Assembly: GCA_032718475.1 (NCBI GenBank) | Contig: JAUCBJ010002022.1 | Coordinates: 4,053-68,052 of the forward strand | Origin: Nemertoderma westbladi | Taxonomy: Eukaryota; Animalia; Xenacoelomorpha | Direction: 5' to 3' | DNA: 64,000 nucleotides | Shown: positions 43,374 to 55,449 of the stretch, piece after piece | Position numbering within the stretch: position 1 is the first letter of the stretch | How the letters are laid out: each line of letters opens with the position of its first letter | Position numbers and translations under genes: made by a program | Notes under the pieces: generated by a model | What the model was told of the DNA's origin: nothing | Database searches by the model: none | What the model saw: the letters and a program-made list of their open reading frames with translations, nothing else

Positions 43374-44950
43374 ATTATGTCTATTACTATTCAATTTATT
43401 CAGTTCAACATAGATCGTTTTATGCGTATGTGAGTGATATGTTTATATTATGTTTAACGAACGTCTGTAGGCTCCAATTGCTTTTGATAAATAAAATATC
43501 AATTTTTTAATATATATTGCGGAAAATCCTTGCGGGACATATTTATTTTAAAAAATATTATATAGGGTACAGAGGTCCAGCTGTTCTGAAAATGTCAGAC
43601 AAGACAAATTAAATCATTCAGTAACGACATTGATTGACGTGTTTCCAATTTAAACACAACAGTCAATCAATACATTAAATTATAAAATAGAAATTGACAT
43701 CATAGCGTGAAATTTTCCACAAACCAGACTGGGTAAATGCTTTATATATAAAAAACCTATAAAAAGGAACTATTTTATACTACGTAGACTGGTCAAGTCT
43801 ACATGTTACGTGTACATTTCAACCCTGACTATTCGTTCCCGTCTACTTCCTTTGCACTGAAGTTAATTTAGTTCCCACGCACGCAAGTTGCAGGGTTTTT
43901 ACAAGGGATTTTTGCAACAAATATTTTAAACAGATAAATAGAAATGCCTTGCATTTTTTGAATGTCTATAGAATTTGAAGAAGATAACGATTTCTACTAT
44001 TATTTTCAACTTAAAGTTTCCCCTATTGGAATTCTATGACGTTTTCACTATAAACGAATTCATCTACACAACAGATTATAATTAGATTAGTAATGGCTCC
44101 AGTTATATGAACGAGCATCCTGTCAGAAACTACAATTCACTTAAAACCGAAGACATAATATCGTGTCTTATTAACCTAATATAGAAATATAACGAATGAC
44201 GCTATTGATTTAAGTTTTCTTTCTGTATTCCCAGTTATGAACTTGGGATATTTCTATCATAGATTCAGCCATTGTCCACAAATCGTAATGAATGAAAAAT
44301 ATTTCGATTTCCTCTGTCCCGTTTACAATGAGTTCTCAGATTACCTACAATCACAGTCGCTCACTATACCACACAATGGATCCTCCATACACTCTATATA
44401 ATTCTGTATACATAATTATTAATACATCGCATTTCATTCAACCCTACATTTTCATCGTGAGTTAAATTAAACATTTTAAAGATTTAAACCAAAACAATAC
44501 AATATGTATTGGTATACATACATATACACGAAGTGGGGCCTTCGCGCAGCACGTGACTTAAATTTAATTTAAGTACTAATTCGAAAGTATTACTGTATTA
44601 GGATATTATTGGAATGTGGTGTGGAATGTTAGGAATGTATATGAATCAGCAGTCCGGTAGAGGTTTACATATTTAAAAGAACTGCCGAAATATAAGTTAT
44701 ATGAGTATTATTTGTTATGATTTCTACAATTATATTCTTCCACGCAAAGTTCCTAGTCCTATAGGTCCAATCAAAACATTCTGTATATTGCCAATGGTTC
44801 AACGTAATCAAAGAGACGACGCTAGACACGCACGCAGCCAATCCCAGTGAAAAATGCACGCAAATAAGTAGTCATAAGTGATAATTCTAGAAAGGCTTTT
44901 CTGCGAATGTAGGCTATTGTGTAATTCATTTCAGTACCGGTCTGCCTAAC

Positions 44951-45182
44951 TGTCTGCACCAGGTGTCTGCACCAGGTGTCTGCACCAGGTGTCTGCACCA
45001 GGTGTCTGCACTAGGTGTCTGCACCAGGTGTCTGCACCAGGTGTCTGCACCAGGTGTCTGCACCCACCAGGTGTCTGCACCAGGTGTCTGCACCAGGTGT
45101 CTGCACCAGGTGTCTGCACCAGGTGTCTGCACCAGTTGTCTGCACCAGGTGTCTGCACCAGGTGTCTGCACCAGGTGTCTGC
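44951..45182. repeat. 13-bp minisatellite, about 17 copies
   Basis: Unit gtgtctgcaccag. Confidence 0.95.
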
Positions 45183-45317
45183 TTAACGTTTACACCCCAA
45201 TTCCGCTTGGTTTATATCTTGATTATCAATAAAATAGTAACGTGAAATATTTATGGAGCGTATATTTGAGAATGTTGAAATAATGCGTTTAGTAGTGTGA
45301 CCAGCGTCTTGAATTTC

Positions 45318-46263
45318 CGCTTACCTCTAGCGGCAGACTGGAGAAATGCAGATCGACCACCTTCCTCAGAAAGACGCAGCATGTGCTCTAGTACATATGC
45401 CAATATTCACTTTAAATAAATTAATATCAAGGAATTGGGGACAGTTATACATTTCGCCCTCTAGCGGCAGACTGGAGGACTCCAGACCGTTTACTGCCCA
45501 CCAAAGACTCAGGCCGACTTCTACTACATATCTGCTACGTTTCAGCTTGAACGGATCATAAATAACGAGATGGGAGAAAGATTTCACTTTCAAACATTTC
45601 GCCCTCTAGCGGCAGACTGAAGAACTGCACACGGATTAGCCTTCAATTCAATTCAATTCAATTCCTTCTTTCAAAGTCACAGCTAATGGTCTAGTACATA
45701 TCTGCCAAATTTCAGCATAAATGGATTAAAAGCAAAGAAATGGGAGGACATTTAACGTTTAGACATGTGGCCCTCTAGCAGGAGACTATTGCTCTGATGG
45801 TGTCTGAAAGTCTCTCAAACGTCTCAACTTTAGCTCATATTGATACCTACAAATTTTCAACTTGGCAGCTTTAAATCCGACAAAGTTATTAGCATGTCAA
45901 AATCGTAACGACGACAACGATTTCACTTTCAGACCTTTGGCCCTCTAGCGGCAGACTGGAGAACTGCAGATGGATTCGCCTCCTTTGAAAGTCACAGCTA
46001 ATGGTCTAATACATATCCGCCAAGTTTCAGCTTAAACGGATTAAAAGCAAAGAAATGGGAGGGCATTTAATGTTTAGACATGTGGCCCTCTAGCGGGAGA
46101 CCATTGCACTGATGGTGTCTGAAAGTCTCTCAAAAATCTCAACTTTTGCTCATATTGATACCTACAAATTTTCAACTTGGCAGCTTTAAATCCGACAAAG
46201 TTATTAGCATGTCAAAATCGTAACGACGACGACGACGACGACGACAACGACGACGACGACGAC

Positions 46264-46295
<32 letters not shown>

Positions 46296-46373
46296 CAACT
46301 ATTTGCATAAATTGACCCACCCCCTAACAGTGTCAATTCGCTAAGGCTCCGCCAACTTCGTGGCTCGCCCCAC
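45318..46373 (+). mobile_element. Dispersed modular repeat (Helentron-associated/pearl-like): tandem core modules, (GAC)n microsatellite, conserved end
   Basis: Repeated gccctctagcggcagactggagaactgca modules, (GAC)n at about 46225-46297, end motif cgctaaggctccgccaacttcgtggctcgccccaca. Classification is inferred from architecture only. Confidence 0.65.
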
Positions 46374-46435
46374 AATATGATCATATAATATAATATAATG
46401 TTTGTTCGATTACCACGTTATATATAATATAATAA

Positions 46436-46594
46436 CCCGCCTCAATGTTAAATTCTCAATTTAGGGAAAGGAGCAAATCGCTCTCAAGGGGAAGTTCGAC
46501 GCAAATAACAGCTGATTACTCCCAGAAATAAATCTGTAAGCAGTTCTTTGATTGATTCGCCGAGATGGGATTTGCGTCCACCCCATCCCCCTGT
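46436..46594. mobile_element. Rearranged MITE fragment, same family
   Basis: Segments match the family in both orientations. Confidence 0.6.
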
Positions 46595-46844
46595 CACTGT
46601 CTCATCTGTTCAGATAATTCAACAGTCTAGACAATCATTTTATTAATTTTATTTCAATGGGCTGCGGTAAACGGAGCGGTGTACCGCACAACTACTGTAT
46701 GTTGTGTCCTTCAGAGTCAAGGGTAATCAAAATCATTTACCACACAGACACCGCTCTTATACCGCTGGGTCGTTCACACCCTGCGGTACACCGAGCGGTA
46801 TTCCGTTCCGCTGGATGTGAACGGTGCTTTAGGAAACCGCCCAG

Positions 46845-49800
46845 CCCGGGATACCTTACTACCATAGCACGCCCAGTTCACCAGTACCCGGGGTACCTTA
46901 CTACCATAGCACGCCCAGTTCACCAGTACCCGGGGTACCTTACTACCATAGCACGCCCAGTTCACCAGTACCCGGGGTACCTTACTACCATAGCACGCCC
47001 AGTTCACCAGTACCCGGGGTACCTTACTACCATAGCACGCCCAGTTCACCAGTACCCGGGGTACCTTACTACCATAGCACGCCCAGTTCACCAGTACCCG
47101 GGATACCTTACTACCATAGCACGCCCAGTTCACCAGTACCCGGGGTACCTTACTACCATAACACGCCCAGTTCACCAGTACCCGGGGTACCTTACTACCA
47201 TAGCACGCCCAGTTCACCAGTACCCGGGGTACCTTACTACCATAGCACGCCCAGTTCACCAGTACCCGGGGTACCTTACTACCATAGCACGCCCAGTTCA
47301 CCAGTACCCGGGGTACCTTACTACCATAGCACGCCCAGTTCACCAGTACCCGGGGTACCTTACTACCATAGCACGCCCAGTTCACCAGTACCCGGGGTAC
47401 CTTACTACCATAGCACGCCCAGTTCACCAGTACCCGGGGTACCTTACTACCATAGCACGCCCAGTTCACCAGTACCCGTGGTACCTTACTACCATAGCAC
47501 GCCCAGTTCACCAGTACCCGGGGTACCTTACTACCATAACACGCCCAGTTCACCAGTACCCGGGGTACCTTACTACCATAGCACGCCCAGTTCACCAGTA
47601 CCCGGGGTACCTTACTACCATAGCACGCCCAGTTCACCAGTACCCGTGGTACCTTAGCACGCTTACTTCACCAGTACCCGTGGTACCTTAGCACGCTTAC
47701 TTCACCAGTACCCGTGGTACCTTAGCTCGCTTACTTCAGCAGTACCCGGTGTACCTTGGTACCTTAGCACGCTTACTTCACCCGTACCCGTGGTACCTTA
47801 GCTCGCTTACTTCACCAGTACGCGGTGTACCTTAGTACGCTTACTTCACCAGTACCCGTGGTACCTTAGCTCGCTTACTTCAGCAGTACCCGGTGTACCT
47901 TAGCACGCTTACTTCACCAGTACCCGTGGTACCTTAGCACGCTTACTTCACCAGTACCCGTGGTACCTTAGCTCGCTTACTTCAGCAGTACCCGGTGTAC
48001 CTTAGCACGCTTACTTCACCAGTACCCGTGGTACCTTAGCACGCTTACTTCACCAGTACCCGTGGTACCTTAGCACGCTTACTTCACCAGTACGCGGTGT
48101 ACCTTAGCACGCTTACTTCACCAGTACCCGTGGTACCTTAGCACGCTTCCTACTTCACCAGTACGCGGTGTACCTTAGCACGCTTACTTCAGCAGTACCC
48201 GTGGTACCTTAGCACGCTTACTTCACCAGTACCCGTGGTACCTTTGCACGCTTACTTCACCAGTACGCGGTGTACCTTAGCACGCTTCCTACTTCACCAG
48301 TACCCGTGGTACCTTAGCACGCTTACTTCACCAGTACGCGGTGTACCTTAGCACGCTTACTTCACCAGTACCCGTGGTACCTTAGCACGCTTCCTACTTC
48401 ATCAGTACCCGGGGTACCTTAGCACGCTTACTTCACCAGTACCCGTGGTACCTTAGCACACTTCCTACTTCACCAGTACCCGTGGTACCTTAGCACGCTT
48501 CCTACTTCACCAGTACGCGGTGTACCTTAGCACGCTTACTTCAGCAGTACCCGTGGTACCTTAGCACGCTTACTTCACCAGTACCCGTGGTACCTTAGCA
48601 CGCTTACTTCACCAGTACGCGGTGTACCTTAGCACGCTTACTTAACCAGTACCCGTGGTACCTTAGCACGCTTCCTACTTCACCAGTACCCGTGGTACCT
48701 TAGCACGCTTACTTCACCAGTACGCGGTGTACCTTAGCACGCTTACTTCACCAGTACCCGTGGTACCTTAGCACGCTTCCTACTTCATCAGTACCCGGGG
48801 TACCTTAGCACGCTTACTTCACCAGTACCCGTGGTACCTTAGCACGCTTACTTCAGCAGTACCCGTGGTACCTTAGCACGCTTACTTCAGCAGTACCCGG
48901 TGTACCTTAGCACGCTTACTTCACCAGTACCCGTGGTACCTTAGCACGCTTACTTCACCAGTACCCGAGGTACCTTAGCACGCTTACTTCACCAGTTGTA
49001 CCCGGCGTACCTTAGCACGCTTACTTCACCAGTACCCGAGGTACCTTAGCACGCTTCCTACTTCACCAGTACCCGTGGTACCTTAGCACGCTTACTTCAC
49101 CAGTACCCGTGGTACCTTAGCACGCTTACTTCACCAGTACGCGGTGTAACTTAGCACGCTTACTTCACCCGTACCCGTGGTACCTTAGCTCGCTTACTTC
49201 ACCAGTACCCGTGGTACCTTAGCACGCTTACTTCAGCAGTACCCGTGGTACCTTAGCACGCTTACTTCACCAGTACCCGTGGTACCTTAGCACGCTTCCT
49301 ACTTCACCAGTACCCGTGGTACCTTAGCACGCTTACTTCAGCAGTACCCGTGGTACCTTAGCACGCTTACTTCACCAGTACCCGTGGTACCTTAGCACGC
49401 TTACTTCACCAGTACCCGTGGTACCTTAGCACGCTTACTTCACCAGTACCCGTGGTACCTTAGCACGCTTACTTCACCAGTACCCGTGGTACCTTAGCAC
49501 GCTTACTTCAGCAGTACCCGTGGTACCTTAGCACGCTTACTTCACCAGTACCCGTGGTACCTTAGCACGCTTACTTCACCAGTACCCGTGGTACCTTAGC
49601 ACGCTTACTTCACCCGTACCCGTGGTACCTTAGCTCGCTTACTTCAGCAGTACCCGGTGTAGCTTAGCACGCTTACTTCACCAGTACCCGTGGTACCTTA
49701 GCACGCTTACTTCACCAGTACCCGTGGTACCTTAGCTCGCTTACTTCAGCAGTACCCGGTGTACCTTAGCACGCTTACTTCACCAGTACCCGTGGTACCT

Positions 49801-51097
49801 TAGCACGCTTACTTCACCAGTACCCGTGGTACCTTAGCACGCTTACTTCACCAGTACGCGGTGTACCTTAGCACGCTTACTTCACCAGTACCCGTGGTAC
49901 CTTAGCACGCTTCCTACTTCACCAGTACGCGGTGTACCTTAGCACGCTTACTTCAGCAGTACCCGTGGTACCTTAGCACGCTTACATCACCAGTACCCGT
50001 GGTACCTTAGCACGCTTACTTCACCAGTACGCGGTGTACCTTAGCACGCTTACTTCACCAGTACCCGTGGTACCTTAGCACGCTTACTTCACCAGTACGC
50101 GGTGTACCTTAGCACGCTTACTTCACCAGTACCCGTGGTACCTTAGCACGCTTCCTACTTCACCAGTACCCGTGGTACCTTAGCACGCTTACTTCACCAG
50201 TACGCGGTGTACCTTTGCACGCTTACTTCACCAGTACCCGTGGTACCTTAGCACGCTTCCTACTTCATCAGTACCCGGGGTACCTTAGCACGCTTACTTC
50301 ACCAGTACCCGGGGTACATTAGCACGCTTCCTACTTCACCAGTACCCGTGGTACCTTAGAACGCTTCCTACATCACCAGTACCCGTGGTACCTTAGCACG
50401 CTTACTTCACCAGTACGCGGTGTACCTTAGCACGCTTACTTCACCAGTACGCGGTGTACCTTGGCACGCTTACTTCACCAGTACGCGGTGTACCTTAGCA
50501 CGCTTACTTCACCAGTACGCGGTGTACCTTAGCACGCTTACTTCACCAGTACCCGTGGTACCTTAGCACGCTTCCTACTTCACCAGTACCCGTGGTACCT
50601 TAGCACGCTTACTTCACCAGTACGCGGTGTACCTTAGCACGCTTACTTCACCAGTACGCGGTGTACCTTAGCACGCTTACTTCACCAGTACCCGTGGTAC
50701 CTTAGCACGCTTACTTCACCAGTACGCGGTGTACCTTAGCACGCTTACTTCACCACTACCCGTGGTACCTTAGCACGCTTCCTACTTCACCAGTACCCGT
50801 GGTACCTTAGCACGCTTACTTCACCAGTACGCGGTGTACCTTAGCACGCTTACTTCACCAGTACCCGTGGTACCTTAGCACGCTTACTTCACCAGTACGC
50901 GGTGTACCTTAGCACGCTTACTTCACCAGTACGCGGTGTACCTTAGCACGCTTACTTCACCAGTACCCGTGGTACCTTAGCACGCTTACTTCACCAGTAC
51001 GCGGTGTACCTTAGCACGCTTACTTCACCACTACCCGTGGTACCTTAGCACGCTTACTTCACTAATACCCGTGGTACCTTAGTACGCTTACTTCACA
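46845..51097. repeat. Compound minisatellite: 42-bp unit (about 19 copies, to about 47645), then a related 34/37-bp unit (about 100 copies)
   Basis: taccttactaccatagcacgcccagttcaccagtacccgggg followed by taccttagcacgcttacttcaccagtacccgtgg. Confidence 0.97.
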
Positions 51098-51276
51098 AGT
51101 ATTTATTTTTTCAGTACGAAAGTATCCGACCTTTGCAACATGTTGGCTTGTAGACAATGACTGCACAGACTGGGTCAACATGTTGGCTATAAATATTTGG
51201 AAATATCGATAAATATTAACAATTTGGTGCAATTGCATCAGTACTGGTCTTTGTACAGATAGAGCGGTAATTGGAC
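51092..51276 (-). other. Candidate minus-strand (antisense to abLIM) exon, 185 nt
   Basis: Acceptor ataattccctcag|, donor GTGAA|gtaagc; one frame open throughout (GPITALSVQRP...KINTCE). No recognised homology. Confidence 0.35.
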
Positions 51277-51429
51277 CTGAGGGAATTATGTATAACAAAC
51301 AATGTGCTGCATGCGCATGTTATCGTGCCCATTCATCGCTCCATATCCAATCATCATTACTAAAACCTGAGCAGTTCATTTTATTTCGTGTTTTGTATGA
51401 ATTAATTATTGTTTATCTTTCTCCTCCAG

Positions 51430-51817
51430 GGTGGCTCGGAAGTCTGAATCATTGGACCGGCAGTCAAAGTCCAATACATTGCCACTCAGTGTGAGTATGC
51501 CGAGTTACAACGCAGCCTATGGGGTCGCTTACAAGGCCTGGGTCGACGGATCATTCCTGGAGGAATCTCGGCCTGCCTCCGAGGAACCCAGACGATGTTC
51601 GAGCGAGGAACGCTGTTCCGACACGGATCGTTCCTTCTACGTGTTCAGCCCTCGACACAACTTCGCGCGCACCAACTACTCAATGTCCCCACAGAATCAG
51701 AATTCGGCCAACCAATCGCTCGCTTCGTCCAATCAGCACCCGGCGACCAACCTTAAACGGTGGTCAACATCTCCGCCTCCCAGGCATTCTAGACTCTACC
51801 CCTTGGCTGAGTTACAG
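51430..51817 (+). CDS. ABLIM: abLIM penultimate coding exon (phase 2/0)
   Basis: Strong acceptor tctttctcctccag|G, donor TTACAG|gttggt. Phase matches the 33705 donor. Contains SVSMPSY and ends RLYPLAELQ, the typical segment before a headpiece. Confidence 0.8.
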
Positions 51818-52920
51818 GTTGGTTATCACACCCCACATAACGGTCGGTATATATTTATTTACTATATAGTATACTATATTTATTATTATACTTTATTTAG
51901 TAGGCGGCACAACATTTACAATGTTCTGCTTACAGGTGTAATTTTATTCATACTGTAATACCGCTGCATAGTTAAATGACAATAAATAATTACTAAGGCA
52001 TCTTCATTCAGTCTCAAGCTGTCAATGCAACTTTATTTTTATTTTCATTTCGGACGTTTTCATTTACAAACCGAAAATAAATTGAAATACCATTGGGAGC
52101 TTCAAGCCAGAACCGAAGTTCTAATAATATTATATTTGTATATAGCCGGAGTCGTATGATAATTTATATATGCTCTATTGCTGTATGTTGTGGCATAAAT
52201 TATCAAAATAAATATTTTTATAATTTATTATTGGTGTTTTGGCTTCCATCTTGACGTCATTGCCGACTTTGCAAAGGCTGTGCCCATAAAAATTATAATC
52301 AAAATAAATTAAAGGCTAAACTGATAAAGCTCCTTCAATCCATTTGACGTAACTGCTGTCCAATTAGTCGAAAATGTGAGTCAGGAGAGCTCATTAAATC
52401 ATGTGGCTCGCCCCATGAGGACGAACAACAATATGGCTTATGCTTGCAACGAGCTACCTATATTTCTCATTAGTATTTGCATGAGATGCACAATATTTGA
52501 ATGGGGTGATATTCAGTGAGGCGTCACTACTGCGCCTGTACCATTGAATGGCGTTGTCATTCCTTGGCTCCATATTCAGTATTCTCAATCAACCGTATTT
52601 TTATGGTAGTTTGGGTTCATAAGCTTGTAGCTTGTCAAATAGCGACTGTCTCATAATTTAAATTGATACGTCTGGGTTGTTTAGTGACATGAGTTTTGGA
52701 ATAAATAAATAATTATAGAACTTTAATTTCTAAATTTTATTTTATCTAAATTGTAATATATCAAAATCTATGAGACCTTCAATGGACAGAACATGATCAA
52801 CCGAATATTTTTAATGACTTTAATTAATTTGCTCTTTCCCACTTCGAACTGAAGGGCGAAAGGCTGTTTCATTAAGCTGACGAGGAGGTAGAACTACGAA
52901 AATATAAAATACTAAATTAT

Positions 52921-53392
52921 GGTCTCCTCTGTTATCTGTAAACCCTTCCTTCTACCGGCCTCCTCTGTTATCTGTAAACCCTTCCTTCTACCGGCCTCCT
53001 CTGTTATCTGTAAACCCTTCCTTCTACCGGCCTCCTCTGTTATCTGTAAACCCTTCCTTCTACCGGCCTCCTCTGTTATCTGTAAACCCTTCCTTCTACC
53101 GGCCTCCTCTGTTATCTGTAAACCCTTCCTTCTACCGGCCTCCTCTGTTATCTGTAAACCCTTCCTTCTACCGGCCTCCTCTGTTATCTGTAAACCCTTC
53201 CTTCTACCGGCCTCCTCTGTTATCTGTAAACCCTTCCTTCTACCGGCCTCCTCTGTTATCTGTAAACCCTTCCTTCTACCGGCCTCCTCTGTTATCTGTA
53301 AACCCTTCCTTCTACCGGCCTCCTCTGTTATCTGTAAACCCTTCCTTCTACCGGCCTCCTCTGTTATCTGTAAACCCTTCCTTCTACCGGCC
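52921..53392. repeat. 36-bp minisatellite, 13 near-perfect copies
   Basis: Unit ggcctcctctgttatctgtaaacccttccttctacc. Confidence 0.97.
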
Positions 53393-53977
53393 ATTTCGCG
53401 GGAATTACTTCTTTGTTTTCAGTTCTTTTCGTTCGAATTTCAATATATACCTGAGTGTAGCAAAAACAATGCATTACGTTTGGTCAGGTGCAGTTCTTTT
53501 TTTTTTGCTTGTACAATAAAATGAAATTTAAGTGTGCAGTTGTAGGACACCAGTTCGATCCCACCTGGACGACATTGCAGACTTTGGTAAGCTATGCCAA
53601 CGAGTGATAATGCAATATGAAGGTCGACTGTGCAACGCAATATGATGAGGTAGTAAACTGTTATCGCAATGAATTGTATCAACTTTATGCCCGTCTGACT
53701 GTTTCCCCAAGGTGACACAACCAACCACTATGATAACGATCCACGTGGCACTCCCATCACGGTGGATCCACTATGGGTGAGGACAAAGGTCACTAATAAT
53801 ATCAGTACTAATAACCAAGGCTAATATCTTCACATTCGTAACTCCTTACAGCTTGTATTTTAATAATTCTTATCAACAGATTGAAAATAATATTTCAGTC
53901 CTGTAAGGAACTTTTTCTTTTATAAAAATAATTATTTACTGTTAATGTTAGTTATGGCGTCATGCGAGTAAAATAAG

Positions 53978-54010
53978 TACTAGCTGGAATACCCGCCCTC
54001 GCTGGCGGTT
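53978..54010 (+). mobile_element. Possible Helitron/Helentron-type terminus next to the 17-bp array
   Basis: tactagctggaatacccgccctcgctggcgg with a ccgcc/ggcgg hairpin; extent of the element not determined. Confidence 0.35.
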
Positions 54011-54043
54011 ACCGGCATATTGTATCTTAGCAGTCTATAAAAG

Positions 54044-54210
54044 AGTTTGTAGCTAAGTTAAGTTTGTAGCTAAGTTAAGTTTGTAGCTAAGTTAAGTTTG
54101 TAGCTAAGTTAAGTTTGTAGCTAAGTTAAGTTTGTAGCTAAGTTAAGTTTGTAGCTAAGTTAAGTTTGTAGCTAAATTAAGTTTGTAGCTAAGTTAAGTT
54201 TGTAGCTGAG
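54044..54210. repeat. 17-bp tandem repeat, about 10 copies
   Basis: Unit agtttgtagctaagtta. Confidence 0.95.
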
Positions 54211-55340
54211 TTTCACTGTATTATGATGTACTGATGAACACAGAACTTTATTGGCGTTCAAACCGACTTTATTTTTTTTTATTATATTACATAGACTAAG
54301 CAGTATAAACAAACGCAATAAGCAGTACTTGGTGGTCAACTATATAAAGAAATGTATCGATTATTTGGGTTATTATTTCGGTTATTAATTATTTAAGGGG
54401 GTAAAATTAAGTTTACGCTGTATGAAAATAGCACAGGTCGATTCGCTGTGTCCCATTCTCATAAAGTTTTTATTTATCCAGTGTTTAATATAAAGATGTA
54501 TGGTGATTTATTTATTAAAAATTAAATACAATAATTGAGTTACACAATTGAGTTGAGTACAATAATATATAATATTCGCCCAAGCAGCCTCAAATCTGCT
54601 TAAGTTAGTGAATGGGGAGGATTTTTCTCCATGTTATTGTAGACGTTAACGTAATTATAATTATTTAACTCCAGCTGGCTGAGGTAGCAAGTAAATCCAA
54701 TGGTTGGGGTGGGGTGTCTGTCTGTTGGGAACTGGTCATGACAGACATTAATTATGCTTTCTCCATGGTTGCATGTAGAGATAGGTTTATTGGCTTTGCC
54801 ATTGGAGATATCAGCCAATCAGATTTCTACGTTTGGTAAACGTAGCGGAAATGAAATTAATTTCTACCAGCTTACTCCTAGTATTACGCAATGAACAAAT
54901 GCAGTTACAGATTATTATTTACTATTCCCTCTTGAAAGCCTTTTGCAGACGTTCATAATTTTATAGATTTATATATTATTTTATAGAGATGTCCAGTCCA
55001 GTATGGTATCTAGAGAGGTCTAGGACTAGGACATTTTGGATATACATAGTATATACAGTACCAATATTGTTATGGTGATGGGATTATATATTACCGTACC
55101 GTACCTTACGCTTATGTATGTTTGTATGTATGTATGTGTGTATGTATGTATGTATGTATCGTAACTCCGTAGATAGTGCAGAGTTTATAATGTATATCCT
55201 AAACGGACATTTAGGATAAAAGTTACAGTAGTATTTTAATTTTCGAATAAGTGATAGATTATTTAGGCTTCAACTAAACTTACTAGTATTTATATTGCAT
55301 GGAATTATTTTTTTATTCCCACGAACTCACTGTATTGACT

Positions 55341-55364
55341 CACTAATGAACTTTAATATTTCAG
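55341..55364 (+). promoter_or_regulatory. Candidate branch point and 3' splice site upstream of the MTP start codon
   Basis: cactaat (branch-like) followed by ctttaatatttcag|, 85 nt before the ATG at 55450. Confidence 0.5.
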
Positions 55365-55449
55365 TGTAAAAAAAGTGGATTTTCCCAGTGCTATTATTAG
55401 GCTCTAAGAATTTGTTAAGTTCTGAGTTAATTAATTGGTTTAAAGAAAG

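Noticed and set aside
46172-46384. Protamine-like poly-Arg ORF
   Set aside because: Antisense reading of the (GAC)n microsatellite in a dispersed repeat.
46657-47691. 344-aa ORF with 14-aa repeats and its 287-aa antisense ORF
   Set aside because: Mostly the 42-bp repeat. The unique 5' part has internal inverted repeats (cgttcacac/gtgaacgg) and looks like a transposon end rather than a gene start.
51259-51278. GPITAL peptide shared between the antisense candidate exon and MTP
   Set aside because: Six residues only, with no flanking similarity; treated as chance.
52912-53524. 160-aa and 201-aa repeat ORFs
   Set aside because: 36-bp minisatellite open on both strands.
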